Positions 53,307 through 63,999 of a stretch of DNA of 64,000 bases are shown here, one piece after another (position 1 is the first letter of the stretch; every line of letters starts with the position of its first letter). The position numbers were made by a program, and so were the translations under genes. Where the stretch lies: positions 1 through 64,000 of IMG/VR virus record IMGVR_UViG_3300008262_006132. The stretch is one strand, 5' to 3'. The notes beneath the pieces were generated by a model. The model saw nothing but the letters and a program-made list of their open reading frames with translations, searched no databases and was not told the DNA's origin. This DNA comes from an uncultured virus (IMG/VR IMGVR_UViG_3300008262_006132) (lineage: Duplodnaviria > Heunggongvirae > Uroviricota > Caudoviricetes).

Positions 53307-55070
53307 TTAAACTACATTATTTCTTAGTTTTGAATCTACAACACCTTTTTTGATAATGTTAATAGACTTCAAAGTTGTAGAGGCCATGTCATCTGAAAAG
53401 TAAATACCATTTCTATCATACCAACCACCTCTGATAATTGGAATTTCTTTTGGTTCAAAAATAATATCTCCAAGAACCGGATCAAGACCTAGTGTTGTAT
53501 TTGGTTTATAATCAGGATTCCGTTTTACTGGATCGAATTCCGATTCAACCATTATGTCTTTATTTTTATTAGCACTAATATTAGTCTCGAATTTGGTTTT
53601 ATTTTTTCTTAGATTTTCTTTTCTACTAATTTCTTCTCTGTGATATTCTTCATTTTTCTTACATATAAATTGAACATCAACTGAATGAATATCATTTATC
53701 CCAGAAAGTACTTTAACTAAATCTGATTTAGGAATTCTATCAATTCTACTGAAGTTCAAAAAATACTCAGAGACAGCATCTTGCACTTGAGACTGAACTG
53801 AATCATCATTCGAATCTGAATATCTTATCACAAATACATTCATTATATAATATGAAAGTACCGGTGAGTCTATTCTATATTTTTTTGTTATTTGTATATT
53901 ACCAGTTGTTCTAAGATACTTATCTATTTTAGATTTTTCGTATCTATCGAGTTCAAATGCTCTTGTACTAACTGCAAAATAATCAGCATTTTGGTTTTTA
54001 AATAGTCTTATATTAGGAGTAGCAACTATGTAAACTATTCCTAAATCCTCATACGCATTGACGTGTGAGAAGACACCTAATTTTTTTATTTCATAGGCAT
54101 ATTGCTGTGGTAAACCTAGAACAAAATTATTAGAAACAATAGGTAATATATTTTTTGTAAAAACAACATTCTCTTTATTTGCTCCAAAGTTTATATCATT
54201 AAATATTTGAACTGTGAATATCTTTGCAGCATCAACACCATTACCTTCGCCGTCAATCGCCTCGTCTACAAATTTCCAGTCATTTACAGTTCTTCTAAAT
54301 ATATTTCCATTTGCACCATCTGAAACTAAATATGTAATTGCAATACTCGATCCGATTTCTGGTATTGCACCAAAACCACCATTTCCGAATATTATATCAA
54401 TACCACCATTGAATCCGGTTTTAACAACACACGCATTCTCATTTGGTAAAAGATCATATAAATGTCTTTTTATTGACCAGTAGTTACCATTTACTGTGAC
54501 TTCAACATTGAAATTTTCTATATCTTGTTGACCACTTAATGTCACTTGGTAAGTCTGATTTGAATTACCGGTACCTGTATATGTAGTTGTTGTGAATTTA
54601 CCTTGTATAAGTGGTAAAAATATTTGAGTTGAGTTTATCACTTTAAATACTAACTTATCTTGACCAAGATAAATTGAGTAATCAAGACCATTCGTCTTAT
54701 TTTTTAAAACTTGTCTATTAAGGAAAGTTATTTTACCACCTTTTAATTCTTTATCTAGTTCAGTTCCTGGTTTCACAGTTAATCTTAAATTACCAGTTGC
54801 TGAGATGTTTCTACCTGGATTATGACCCGCAAATATTGCAGCATTTCTAACAATTATGGGATTTACTGAATTTGGTTCACTTAAATCGAATTGATTGATA
54901 GAGTTTTTTAAGTATAGAAATGATAATTGATGTAGATTTTGAAGAACATTTAAAATTTGACCATAAGGTGAAGCAGGAGAGTATAATATCTGAGCCTTGT
55001 TATGTTCAAGTCTAAGAAATCTTTCGATCTCACCTTTGATTAGATTAAATGAAATTTCAACAAACTTCAT
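53307..55070 (-). CDS. Baseplate wedge protein (T4 gp6 / baseplate J-like)
   Basis: SPYGQIL, LIQG, IIFGNGGFGAIP..GSSIAITYLVSDGANGN. Confidence 0.82.
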   Translation of the reverse strand: MKFVEISFNLIKGEIERFLRLEHNKAQILYSPASPYGQILNVLQNLHQLSFLYLKNSINQFDLSEPNSVNPIIVRNAAIFAGHNPGRNISATGNLRLTVKPGTELDKELKGGKITFLNRQVLKNKTNGLDYSIYLGQDKLVFKVINSTQIFLPLIQGKFTTTTYTGTGNSNQTYQVTLSGQQDIENFNVEVTVNGNYWSIKRHLYDLLPNENACVVKTGFNGGIDIIFGNGGFGAIPEIGSSIAITYLVSDGANGNIFRRTVNDWKFVDEAIDGEGNGVDAAKIFTVQIFNDINFGANKENVVFTKNILPIVSNNFVLGLPQQYAYEIKKLGVFSHVNAYEDLGIVYIVATPNIRLFKNQNADYFAVSTRAFELDRYEKSKIDKYLRTTGNIQITKKYRIDSPVLSYYIMNVFVIRYSDSNDDSVQSQVQDAVSEYFLNFSRIDRIPKSDLVKVLSGINDIHSVDVQFICKKNEEYHREEISRKENLRKNKTKFETNISANKNKDIMVESEFDPVKRNPDYKPNTTLGLDPVLGDIIFEPKEIPIIRGGWYDRNGIYFSDDMASTTLKSINIIKKGVVDSKLRNNVV

Positions 55071-55077
55071 ACTTTAT

Positions 55078-55395
55078 TTAGATTTTTATATAGTCTTCTG
55101 AGAATCTATTGTTCTGGAATATATCTTCAGTTAAAAACACTATATTCTCACTATTTGTATCTCTTGATATTAGCTCTGAATTTTCAACTAGTGGATTACT
55201 AAAATACTTGACTTCAAAATTAGATTTACCATCTATGTTACTAAAAGGAACAATCATTTTTAAAATCTTTGACTCATTTATAGTGATTTCAAAATATTTT
55301 CCGAATTCTTTAGAAGCCTTTTCTGTTATTTGAACATCATTATATTTGTCCGATAAGTTTACATGAATTCTATTAATATTATAACGAATATCCAT
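55078..55395 (-). CDS. Hypothetical protein
   Basis: 105 aa upstream of the wedge gene. Confidence 0.65.
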   Translation of the reverse strand: MDIRYNINRIHVNLSDKYNDVQITEKASKEFGKYFEITINESKILKMIVPFSNIDGKSNFEVKYFSNPLVENSELISRDTNSENIVFLTEDIFQNNRFSEDYIKI

Positions 55396-55466
55396 TGAAT
55401 AGGTAATTTTTAATTATATATTAATTTAGTGTCTGACCTAATTAATATATAAAATATATTTTTTTA

Positions 55467-55543
55467 GACGGCTTAGGACCGTCATGTTGTTACGACACAT
55501 GTTTAAATCCAGGAAACTCGCTCCTTCCTGGATTTTTCTTTTT
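55467..55543 (+). ncRNA. Candidate small three-hairpin RNA
   Basis: GACGG-CTTAGGA-CCGTC; TACG-capped hairpin; AAATCCAGGAA-ACTCGCTCC-TTCCTGGATTT plus T-run; TAATATATA at 55443. Confidence 0.6.
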
Positions 55544-55556
55544 AATATATACCACT

Positions 55557-56279
55557 ATGGGCGTTGAAGAACTAATAATGATGTTGCAGAAGTACGGGTT
55601 GAAAGGTCTCTTCCTAGGAATAGTTTATATTGTAATACGTAGTATGATCAAAAGTGAATGGTTTGGTAAATGGTGGTCACAATTCACTGATAAGTTCATA
55701 GAGTTTTTTATGAAAAAAAAGGTAAAAGAAATACCACACGAAGTTACAGAATCCGATATTTCAAACCATGATATTTTTAACTATATAGACTTTTGGACCT
55801 ATTCTAAAGTTCCAACTTTTCAATTTTCTACGGAGTACAGAACTGTTGTTTTTAAAAAATATTTATCTGTATTTCTGAAATCATACAAAAGAGGTCTACA
55901 GGAATTTGTACAATCTAAAGATTATCAGAAAATGGATCAATCTGAATTATGGAAAAGTTTATTATCACTTTTAAATAAAATAATTATGGAATATGAAAGA
56001 GAATGTGAAGAGTTAGGCATACCTAAAATTGTTGTGTTGAAAATGAAATCTAAAAATAACGATACAATTACACTAACAATAGATATTATAGAGAGTATTA
56101 CTAATTCTCAATTTTATGAGAGTGAACAAAATTTCTTGAAGATGTATTCAATATTAAACATACTTCTTTCAATCTTAGAAAACACCATATCAAACTCGAT
56201 TTCAGTTTGTAATTCAATAAATGGTCAATTGAAAGGTTTGTCTATAATTGATAATGGTAAGACCTATACAGAACCTTAG
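55557..56279 (+). CDS. Hypothetical protein with N-terminal TM helix
   Basis: GLKGLFLGIVYIVI; TAATATATA at 55543. Confidence 0.7.
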   Translation: MGVEELIMMLQKYGLKGLFLGIVYIVIRSMIKSEWFGKWWSQFTDKFIEFFMKKKVKEIPHEVTESDISNHDIFNYIDFWTYSKVPTFQFSTEYRTVVFKKYLSVFLKSYKRGLQEFVQSKDYQKMDQSELWKSLLSLLNKIIMEYERECEELGIPKIVVLKMKSKNNDTITLTIDIIESITNSQFYESEQNFLKMYSILNILLSILENTISNSISVCNSINGQLKGLSIIDNGKTYTEP

Positions 56280-56818
56280 TCCATAAGTTCATAAACCTCA
56301 TTTGCCGTAAATTCAGGATCAGTTATTTTGAGGTCATAATCCTTAAAGTTTAAGAAATCAAGCTCATCAGCATCTAATCTTCTTTTAATAGAATCATTTT
56401 GATCTTTTCTAAAAGAAAGTCTTTGCTCTCTTACTTTTCTATCTATATCAAGATAAACAACAAAACACTTTTTTCTATCTGACTCTTCTATTTGTGATAA
56501 TTCACCAGGTGTCATAATGAAAACCTGAGCACTAGTAAATTCTTCTTTTGTTATTCCGTAATACCACTTCTGAGGTTCTTTATTTTGCGGAGTGACCATA
56601 AATGTTTGGTGACATAAAAACTTACTGTCGGTTAGTAGACTTTCAAATTTAGAATCGTCTACAAAATTATAGGTGACATTCTGAGTCTCATTAATTCTCA
56701 TTGGTCTTGTGGTTGTCTTAATGCAAGGTTTTAGACCCTTTTCTACCAATTTTCGAAGTAGGTGATCTTTTCCTGCTCCAGAAGATCCGAGTATTATTAC
56801 TTTCTCTTGTTTATTCAA
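56276..56818 (-). CDS. Guanylate kinase-like protein
   Basis: P-loop GSSGAGKD, TTTRPMRINE, YNFV, WYYGI. Confidence 0.85.
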   Translation of the reverse strand: MNKQEKVIILGSSGAGKDHLLRKLVEKGLKPCIKTTTRPMRINETQNVTYNFVDDSKFESLLTDSKFLCHQTFMVTPQNKEPQKWYYGITKEEFTSAQVFIMTPGELSQIEESDRKKCFVVYLDIDRKVREQRLSFRKDQNDSIKRRLDADELDFLNFKDYDLKITDPEFTANEVYELMD

Positions 56819-56862
56819 AATAAATATAGTTTACATGGTATATTTATTTTGTGAAAAAATGT

Positions 56863-57696
56863 TTATTTTTGAGATTTTATTATATCGGTTATTTCAGATT
56901 TAATCTTACCGAGTTCAGTATATTCAAACTCTTTTGGAAATTTATTTTCCTCTTTTTTTACTCCAATATAATCTTCTCTAAACATAACTTGAGCGATATG
57001 TTTTTTATTTAAATGAATTTCAAAATCTGAACCAACTTGCTTTATAGTGCAGTCCAGTGATTTTATATGTGATTTGATAGTATCTTGAAATTTTGAAATA
57101 TCTACCGCTTCTTTTTTACTTTTCTTAGAAACATCAAAAGTCTTTCCCTCTTTGACCTTTGTTACTTTAGTAGTGACATCTTTTTTCTCAAAGTCACTAA
57201 AATTCATTACTTTACCAGAAGGCTTTTTATCTTTTAAAAGTTCTTTTAAGGTTTTAATATTAAGTGGTTTGACTCTTGATTTTTTAGTAATCACGTTAGG
57301 GTCACTTTCTTTTCTTGTTTTATTTTGACCAGGTGCTGCGATTTTTTGAAACACTCTGTTTGCACCACTTGGGTTGTATGGAACTGCAATATCTCCACTG
57401 CCTTCTCTTCCTCCACCTGTTATCCATGCTGTACCAGTTAAAGCACCTGGAAAATGTGACGGTGTTGAAGATGCTACTCCACCCATACCAGCGGTTGTTG
57501 CATTTGCAAGAGCTACTCCAGCACTACCAACACCTACACTCGAAGCACCGGCCGAACCTGCTGGTCCTCCTGTAGCTGAAGTATTTTCTAATAGACTTTC
57601 CTTCTCTTGAATAAGATTTTTAATTTGGTTAATTTCTATTTCAGAATTTGTCTTTTTCAAAAGATTATAAAGTTCGTATAGTGAAAGTTCTTCCAT
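56863..57696 (-). CDS. Hypothetical protein with Gly/Ala-rich GMG..GSGD module
   Basis: 277 aa; TAATATA upstream. Confidence 0.7.
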   Translation of the reverse strand: MEELSLYELYNLLKKTNSEIEINQIKNLIQEKESLLENTSATGGPAGSAGASSVGVGSAGVALANATTAGMGGVASSTPSHFPGALTGTAWITGGGREGSGDIAVPYNPSGANRVFQKIAAPGQNKTRKESDPNVITKKSRVKPLNIKTLKELLKDKKPSGKVMNFSDFEKKDVTTKVTKVKEGKTFDVSKKSKKEAVDISKFQDTIKSHIKSLDCTIKQVGSDFEIHLNKKHIAQVMFREDYIGVKKEENKFPKEFEYTELGKIKSEITDIIKSQK

Positions 57697-57756
57697 ACCA
57701 GTCTTAATTTTTATTATATATTAAAACATCACTACAATAATTTAATATTAATAAAG

Positions 57757-58326
57757 ATGAATAGCCTAAAGAGTCTGGAGTTACAAAGACTTATTAAAGA
57801 ATTACAATTTGTTGAATCAGACTATATCTATCAATCTGAAGTAGTTAGACAATCTAATCAGTACTTTCTTGAGTCTGTAGATTCACTTTTAAATGACTAT
57901 CCAGACTTGAAGAGAATCTGGACCGAAAAAAATACCAAGCAGTCTGAGGTAAATATTCAAGATTTACCGACTGAAATTGAAAAGACAAAATTGAATGTTG
58001 ATACAAAGGTAAAAAAGATATACCGAGAGATTGTAAAATCAACTCATCCTGATAAAATTAAAAACTCAAAGCTTAATGAACTTTATCTTGAAGCAACGTT
58101 CGCATATGAAACTAATGATATTGTTACTCTTTACAAAGTTTGCTCTGAACTAATGATAGATTTTAAATTTGATGATTCAGAAATTGAAACTATTAAAAGT
58201 AGAATAAATGAAATAAAAAGTCAGATAAATTTCTTAGAATCAACTTATACGTTTAAATGGTTGAAGTCATCTGAGGTTGAGAAAACTAAAGTGGTACTTA
58301 GATTTATTGAAGAGAGACTTAAATAA
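57757..58326 (+). CDS. J-domain-like (HPD) protein
   Basis: VKKIYREIVKSTHPDK..ATFAYE. Confidence 0.75.
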   Translation: MNSLKSLELQRLIKELQFVESDYIYQSEVVRQSNQYFLESVDSLLNDYPDLKRIWTEKNTKQSEVNIQDLPTEIEKTKLNVDTKVKKIYREIVKSTHPDKIKNSKLNELYLEATFAYETNDIVTLYKVCSELMIDFKFDDSEIETIKSRINEIKSQINFLESTYTFKWLKSSEVEKTKVVLRFIEERLK

Positions 58327-58948
58327 TATTTACTTTAACCTTTCTTTCGTCTATTATCTTTTGTAAATCCTCTTTAGTAACATCTCTTTTATAAATATCA
58401 CTTTGACTTTCTATATTTTGTAAAATCCAATCGTTACCGTTTGAAGTTGTATAGATATAATTTGTATCACCTTCTATAATCTCAATTGTCTTGCTTGCTA
58501 GTTTATCATAGAATTTTTTTATATCATCATTTACTTTATATAAACTAGCATCTTCCCATTTTTGTATAGTTGAATTATAGGTTTGAAAAATAATATATTC
58601 TGGATTTTCTAATTCATTTGAGTTGAAGTCATAGAGAAACATAAACCTACAAGGCTTATTTAAAAAGGTTTGAAAGTCGTCAGTATTTTGGAGAGCAGAT
58701 TTCTTTAAACCAATTGATGAGAGTGAATTTACAAATTCTATATTATTAGATAACTCATCTAGATTCATTTTTTCTTTAAATTCATCAGACAAGTTAAGTG
58801 TTTTAAATATATCTACATTTTGTGCAGAGATAGAAGATAAAAGAACGTCTCCCCATATGTTTAAGGATTCCATCAAGTCAATAGTATTAAAAGTCAAGTC
58901 TACAACTATAGACTCTTTAAATTGACTAAACTTTTTTATCCATTTCAT
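58319..58948 (-). CDS. Hypothetical protein with CTS-like N-terminus (MKWIKKFSQFKES)
   Basis: TAATATATA on the minus strand just upstream. Confidence 0.7.
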   Translation of the reverse strand: MKWIKKFSQFKESIVVDLTFNTIDLMESLNIWGDVLLSSISAQNVDIFKTLNLSDEFKEKMNLDELSNNIEFVNSLSSIGLKKSALQNTDDFQTFLNKPCRFMFLYDFNSNELENPEYIIFQTYNSTIQKWEDASLYKVNDDIKKFYDKLASKTIEIIEGDTNYIYTTSNGNDWILQNIESQSDIYKRDVTKEDLQKIIDERKVKVNII

Positions 58949-58961
58949 AAAGTATATATTA

Positions 58962-61900
58962 TTACCATCTGTTGGTTTTTAAGAACTGTACGAATCTAGG
59001 TGTTGGTGCGGCATCTACTTTACCTGATGTTATCGAACCATGTGTGAAATATCCTGGTAAATCTTTTTTCCACTGTTTACCATCACCAAACATCGTGTAG
59101 AAATTACTTTCATTTAGTCCGTTCCAAGCTGGCAGAGTTGGAATTCTTTGTCTTAGATACTTTAATAGTTTTAATAGTGATACTAATTGTGCCTCACTAA
59201 CTTCTTGACCTCTTTTTATACCACGCCATTTTTGTGAATTAAGATTGATATCACAATAGTCAACATAATTTTCAATAAGTCTATAATCTCCGGTTCTATT
59301 TTTGTAAGTTGAACTATTTTCAATACCACTTGTAGACCCTAAGCATGCCATTGATATACCAATTGAGGTATCATTTGCTTGTTTAGCATGGTATGCTTTA
59401 TACTCTGGTGGTACTAAATTCTCTATGTGTCCAGTTACGTCAATTATATAGTGATAGCTGAGTCCTCTATCAAAGAGTGTTTTAATAGTCGCCTCGTTTT
59501 TATCTGTTTTTTGCCACCCGGCACTGTAGTGGAAAATAACTTGAGTCTTTTTCGATGAATTTTTCGAGTAGGCTCCGCCTTTAATAGGGAATCCAGATGG
59601 TGTGGACTTTGTTGGTGACTCAGGTGCCTCTGGTATTTCTGATGCCATATCACCATACTCACCAGTAGGATAAGCTTCTTGAGACGATGGATTTGGAGTT
59701 GTGCCAGTCGTATTTGTATTATTTGGAGTTGGTTCAGGAGAGGCTTGATCATTTGGTGATAGTTCATTACTTTGTGACTTCTGATTATCTTCACCACTAT
59801 TTGCTTTTGATTTCGATTCAGATTCCTCACCTTTAATCAAAGAAAGTTCTCTAAGTATTGCAGTAACTATTTGATACTGTTTTCCCGAAATAAAAGACAT
59901 TTCAATACCTGTGATTAACCAATCACCAGTCAATCTTTTTAATACTCCTTCTGGAGCTGATGGTGTTGGCTTTGTAAGTGTAAAAAATACAGGCACCTTC
60001 TGGTAAAGATATAAATTATGGTTTGGATTTGGTAAATAAAATTTAGCAGAGAACTTAGCTATATCATCTAAGTTTTGTCGATTTTGTGAAATCGAGTAAT
60101 TATAGTTTTTATGTACGTTTCCTTGACCATCTTCAAAAGAGTCTATTTTACCTGAATAATAGAAGTTTGTATTATTCTCAAAAAAACTATTATCGTCAGG
60201 ATCACCTTTTAAAATAATTGATTTTGAACCATCTGAAGTCTGTGATTCTACGTCGAATATTAAAAGTTCTTTTTTCACAGTATCATAATACTTAGTTTTT
60301 GTTCTATAAGATTTTTTTATTGAAACCTTAGTTGACTTATTCATCAACTCGAATTTTTCTATGTATGATGTACTTGCTTTTATTGCCTTATCAGTAGATA
60401 AAAGTAAGTCAACGACCTTTTCATCAATTTCTTGATCATCCTCACCATTTTTGTATTTCCAACCATATGCGCTAATCATCTTATCTTGACTAACGTCTCT
60501 TAAAAGTTCTTTACTAACATCCACATAACAAAGATTGTAATAAAAATCTATATAGCACAGTTGAAATGATTGATCAGAAACATATGAGTTTAACATAATA
60601 TTATCTACAAACTCCATATTTCTAAAACCTGTATTTATCCAAGTCATTTTATCATCACTATTCTGTATATTAGAACAAAATCCGATACCACATTGTCTCG
60701 CTACTTCCTGTAAAGCCTCGTGTGATGTTTTTGATCCAAAACTTGCAAATCTTCTAATATACATTTCTGGTATGTTACATATACCAACTATTGTATATGA
60801 CCCCTGACCATTGTCTCGGAAATTAAATATCTTAAAGTCCATGTGAATTGATCTAAGATTCTTAGACCTTGAGTTTATATAGATTGTTATTTTGCCGTCA
60901 TCTTTAGGTATACCATCATTTTTTAAAAGTCCCAATGAGTCTATAAATGTTGTCTCTATTACCGGTAATATGCCTTTATGATATAATTTAAATTTTTCTA
61001 AATCTGTGACTTTAATTTCATAATTATTGATGTAAACAAGTGGCATATAACCAAGCTCAGATGAAACCTTTTTCTTTGATGATTCACTCATATCAGCGAG
61101 ATTTATCGTAATATCAGTTGGAACTATTGTCGGTTTGAAAAACTGTGTCAGGTTTGTTACTGGCGCACCTGACGAGTTATTACTAGTATTATTCGATGAG
61201 CCATCACCGCCTGTTTGATCCTGATCTTGTATTTCATTTTGTTGTTGTGTTTGTGCGTCTCCAGTAGCTCCAGCTGATGATGGATTTTCTGGAGGAGATG
61301 TCGTACCTTCTGGATTTTTTTCTAGATAGTCAATTAAAAAAGAGTGACATAGTTTAGCTTTGTCGTAATTTTTCCTAACACTATCATTAGTTGTAGATTT
61401 ACCAAACCCAGCTGTCATGTTTATTATACACAAGAGAGCTTGATCCCAGTTATTAAAGTCATTCACTGACTCTACGTTAAATTTTGACTTTATTTTTTTC
61501 TTACTATTAAAATCCCCATCCACATAAAATGCAACACATGCTATTGCTGCATTTTTTGGATCGTTTAATAGATCTGGATTATTCACAAGACCCGGGATGT
61601 ATGCCTCCTTTTTTTTGTATCCAGACTTAAATGTTATCTGATTGAATCCCCTACCTCTATACCTCCAGCCATCCCCTTGATCAGTATTTCCGTATCTTCC
61701 AATTTTATATTTACCATTTTCCCAAACACCACCATAAATGTAATTTGCGATTTTCTCAGGTTTTTTGGCATAATCAGCTGGATTAGCTCGACCGCTTTGA
61801 AAATAGCTACCAAAAGTATTTCTTAAACCTGATTCACTATAATTTAAATTTTCATTTTGAGGTACGAATCCTGACTCTTTTGAAACGGTTGCTAATATTC

Positions 61901-62039
61901 CGGCAATAATGTACTTATTGGTCACTCCTCTTCTTTTACATTCACCAATTATCGCGTCTATCGCTGTTTTTGAAAATTTTCTAGTTGTTCCTTTAGTATC
62001 TTTTGCAACTAAATTTCCATTTTTAATTTCATAAGCCAT
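58962..62039 (-). CDS. Baseplate-associated fusion: GH19 muramidase + probable hub domain + Amidase_2
   Basis: KESGF..ENLNYS, DGWRYRGRGFNQIT; central ~450 aa ending LTGDWLITGI; FHYSAG, SYHYII, AYHA, SIGISM, THG. Confidence 0.8.
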   Translation of the reverse strand: MAYEIKNGNLVAKDTKGTTRKFSKTAIDAIIGECKRRGVTNKYIIAGILATVSKESGFVPQNENLNYSESGLRNTFGSYFQSGRANPADYAKKPEKIANYIYGGVWENGKYKIGRYGNTDQGDGWRYRGRGFNQITFKSGYKKKEAYIPGLVNNPDLLNDPKNAAIACVAFYVDGDFNSKKKIKSKFNVESVNDFNNWDQALLCIINMTAGFGKSTTNDSVRKNYDKAKLCHSFLIDYLEKNPEGTTSPPENPSSAGATGDAQTQQQNEIQDQDQTGGDGSSNNTSNNSSGAPVTNLTQFFKPTIVPTDITINLADMSESSKKKVSSELGYMPLVYINNYEIKVTDLEKFKLYHKGILPVIETTFIDSLGLLKNDGIPKDDGKITIYINSRSKNLRSIHMDFKIFNFRDNGQGSYTIVGICNIPEMYIRRFASFGSKTSHEALQEVARQCGIGFCSNIQNSDDKMTWINTGFRNMEFVDNIMLNSYVSDQSFQLCYIDFYYNLCYVDVSKELLRDVSQDKMISAYGWKYKNGEDDQEIDEKVVDLLLSTDKAIKASTSYIEKFELMNKSTKVSIKKSYRTKTKYYDTVKKELLIFDVESQTSDGSKSIILKGDPDDNSFFENNTNFYYSGKIDSFEDGQGNVHKNYNYSISQNRQNLDDIAKFSAKFYLPNPNHNLYLYQKVPVFFTLTKPTPSAPEGVLKRLTGDWLITGIEMSFISGKQYQIVTAILRELSLIKGEESESKSKANSGEDNQKSQSNELSPNDQASPEPTPNNTNTTGTTPNPSSQEAYPTGEYGDMASEIPEAPESPTKSTPSGFPIKGGAYSKNSSKKTQVIFHYSAGWQKTDKNEATIKTLFDRGLSYHYIIDVTGHIENLVPPEYKAYHAKQANDTSIGISMACLGSTSGIENSSTYKNRTGDYRLIENYVDYCDINLNSQKWRGIKRGQEVSEAQLVSLLKLLKYLRQRIPTLPAWNGLNESNFYTMFGDGKQWKKDLPGYFTHGSITSGKVDAAPTPRFVQFLKTNRW

Positions 62040-62050
62040 AATAAATATAT

Positions 62051-62530
62051 TTATTTATTAAATAGCCCTGTTCCAACTCTAATATTATTACCAGCAACTT
62101 TTATCTGTTGAGTTGGTGTGTCCATTACTGTCGGTGGTAGATTAAAGTTTTGTTCAACGTAAGCTTGTCTTGATGGATCAACTTTAGTTGACTTATCTTT
62201 ATTAGCAAGTAACTTTTGAGTGTTTTCTACTGCGACTTCTTGTGGTCTTAGTTTTTCTATTTGTTCTATATTCGGATATATTATAGTTGTACCTTCTTTT
62301 ATATTCAGTGGATTGCTAATATTATTAACACTTAAAATTATATCAATGTGTTCTAAATTACCATAAATTGAGTTACAAACTAAATCTATTCTCATCTCTT
62401 CTCCCTTTTTTACTCTGTATGAATTGTAATTCACACCTTGCCAGGTAGCCTGGAAAGTAACTGTTGTTAGATTAAACAAATTTTCATTTTCTTCGTTTCT
62501 TTTAAGTTTATCAATATCAGCTATTTTCAT
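62051..62530 (-). CDS. Baseplate wedge subunit, T4 gp53-like
   Basis: YRV..GEEMRIDLVCNSIYGN..IILSVNNISNPLNIKEG..IYP. Confidence 0.75.
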   Translation of the reverse strand: MKIADIDKLKRNEENENLFNLTTVTFQATWQGVNYNSYRVKKGEEMRIDLVCNSIYGNLEHIDIILSVNNISNPLNIKEGTTIIYPNIEQIEKLRPQEVAVENTQKLLANKDKSTKVDPSRQAYVEQNFNLPPTVMDTPTQQIKVAGNNIRVGTGLFNK

Positions 62531-62532
62531 AA

Positions 62533-63999
62533 TTAAATAAATAATTTATCTCCCGGTTTTATAAAGTCTGGGTCTGATTGTGAATTTGTATTAACTATAC
62601 CATCAACTTCAAGTGGATTCTTGTTCTTATTAAGTGAAATAATTCTCTTTGTCTCTGCAAGTATTTCAGAATTTGAAGCGTTTGGTCCAAGTTTATTTCT
62701 TGCTATTTTGGAAATACTATCACCAGCTTTAACTGTATATTCATCACCTGGTAGGTTTTCAACTTTTCCAAGAAGAGCCTCTACACTATTAGGATCTGGA
62801 TTTATAGATTGACCGTTTGCTGCAATATCATTTCCTATTTTTGTTTGAGTTGCGAGTTCTAATGCTCCTTCTTGTGACAGTACACCTTGGCCGTCTTGCG
62901 TCTCCATATTATCTAGAACCTCTGGCGCATAAGGACCAATTAAACCCTCTGTCTCATTAGGTTCGGGAGTTGCGGATGTAGTAGTCGATGCTGTAGTACC
63001 AGGTGTATCTTTACTTGTACTCTCTGGATTTGGCTTTGGTGGGTCTTCAAGGAAATTCCAAAATGATGGTACTTCTTCATGAACTCTGATACTACCGCAG
63101 TTTAATTTTTCCATAATTTCATCAATACCCAGATTTCTTGCACTCTTTAAAGTAAACTCGCATTCTATGTATGATGGTAAATCATTGAAGCTTAGCTGAG
63201 GACCAAGATTTACTTGAACTTCACTACATTCCATATCACCACTTGATAAAATTGGACGAAGAGGATTTCCTATAGTTACGTGCCAAGGTGTAGAAGGAGC
63301 ACCTGTAAGAGCGGATACAATCCCTAATACTCTAACTCTATATTTTTTTACTAATGAGTCTACAAGTCCTTGTACTATTTTATCAACCACTGCAGTTGCT
63401 GCATTTAGTTGGTCTTGTCTTTCTTTTTCGGCTTTTTGATTAGCTTCATCTGCCTTCTTCTTTGCATCATCAACAGCTTGTTGATTTTCAGGATCAACTT
63501 CTTCATCTTTTGCTGGGTTTTCACCATTGAACAGTTTCGTAATTTCTGATTTAATTTGACCCACTACTTTATCTAACTCCTCCTTAAAAGCTTGAACCAA
63601 TTGTTTTATTTTAGCAATAGCACCACCTGGTCTTGAAAACTCATCTAAAAATTTCCCTAAACCGGTAAGATTAGATTTTTTACCTAAATAAAAAACAGCT
63701 TGAGAACCACCAAATGAAAGTATTGTTTGTAAAATCTCATAATAGATAATAGTTGGATCTACTCCAGATATAAACTTTTGCTCCCATGCGCACTTTACTT
63801 TAATATTAAATTTACCTATTAATCCAGATCCAGGAGTATCATCTTTCATCAACTTTCTTTGTCTTGCTTCTTTGATTAAGTTTGGCGTACCAGATGGTAG
63901 AATTTCTGCTGTTGCTGGATCACCTATAACACCAAGTTTTGCCAGAATTTTTCTTTGAAACAGTTCAGTCGCACCTGGTGCTGGTATAAAATCAAGTCC
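62533..63999 (-). CDS. Tail/baseplate protein with C-terminal LysM domain, 5'-truncated by window edge
   Basis: Frame open to window end; WHVTIGNP, FNDLPS..FTLKSAR; YTVKAGDSISKIA..IKPGDKLFI. Confidence 0.75.
   Translation of the reverse strand, partial: GLDFIPAPGATELFQRKILAKLGVIGDPATAEILPSGTPNLIKEARQRKLMKDDTPGSGLIGKFNIKVKCAWEQKFISGVDPTIIYYEILQTILSFGGSQAVFYLGKKSNLTGLGKFLDEFSRPGGAIAKIKQLVQAFKEELDKVVGQIKSEITKLFNGENPAKDEEVDPENQQAVDDAKKKADEANQKAEKERQDQLNAATAVVDKIVQGLVDSLVKKYRVRVLGIVSALTGAPSTPWHVTIGNPLRPILSSGDMECSEVQVNLGPQLSFNDLPSYIECEFTLKSARNLGIDEIMEKLNCGSIRVHEEVPSFWNFLEDPPKPNPESTSKDTPGTTASTTTSATPEPNETEGLIGPYAPEVLDNMETQDGQGVLSQEGALELATQTKIGNDIAANGQSINPDPNSVEALLGKVENLPGDEYTVKAGDSISKIARNKLGPNASNSEILAETKRIISLNKNKNPLEVDGIVNTNSQSDPDFIKPGDKLFI

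Noticed and set aside
55467..55543. Functional tRNA-Leu gene
   Set aside because: Lacks D arm, acceptor stem, canonical TTCRA loop and CCA.
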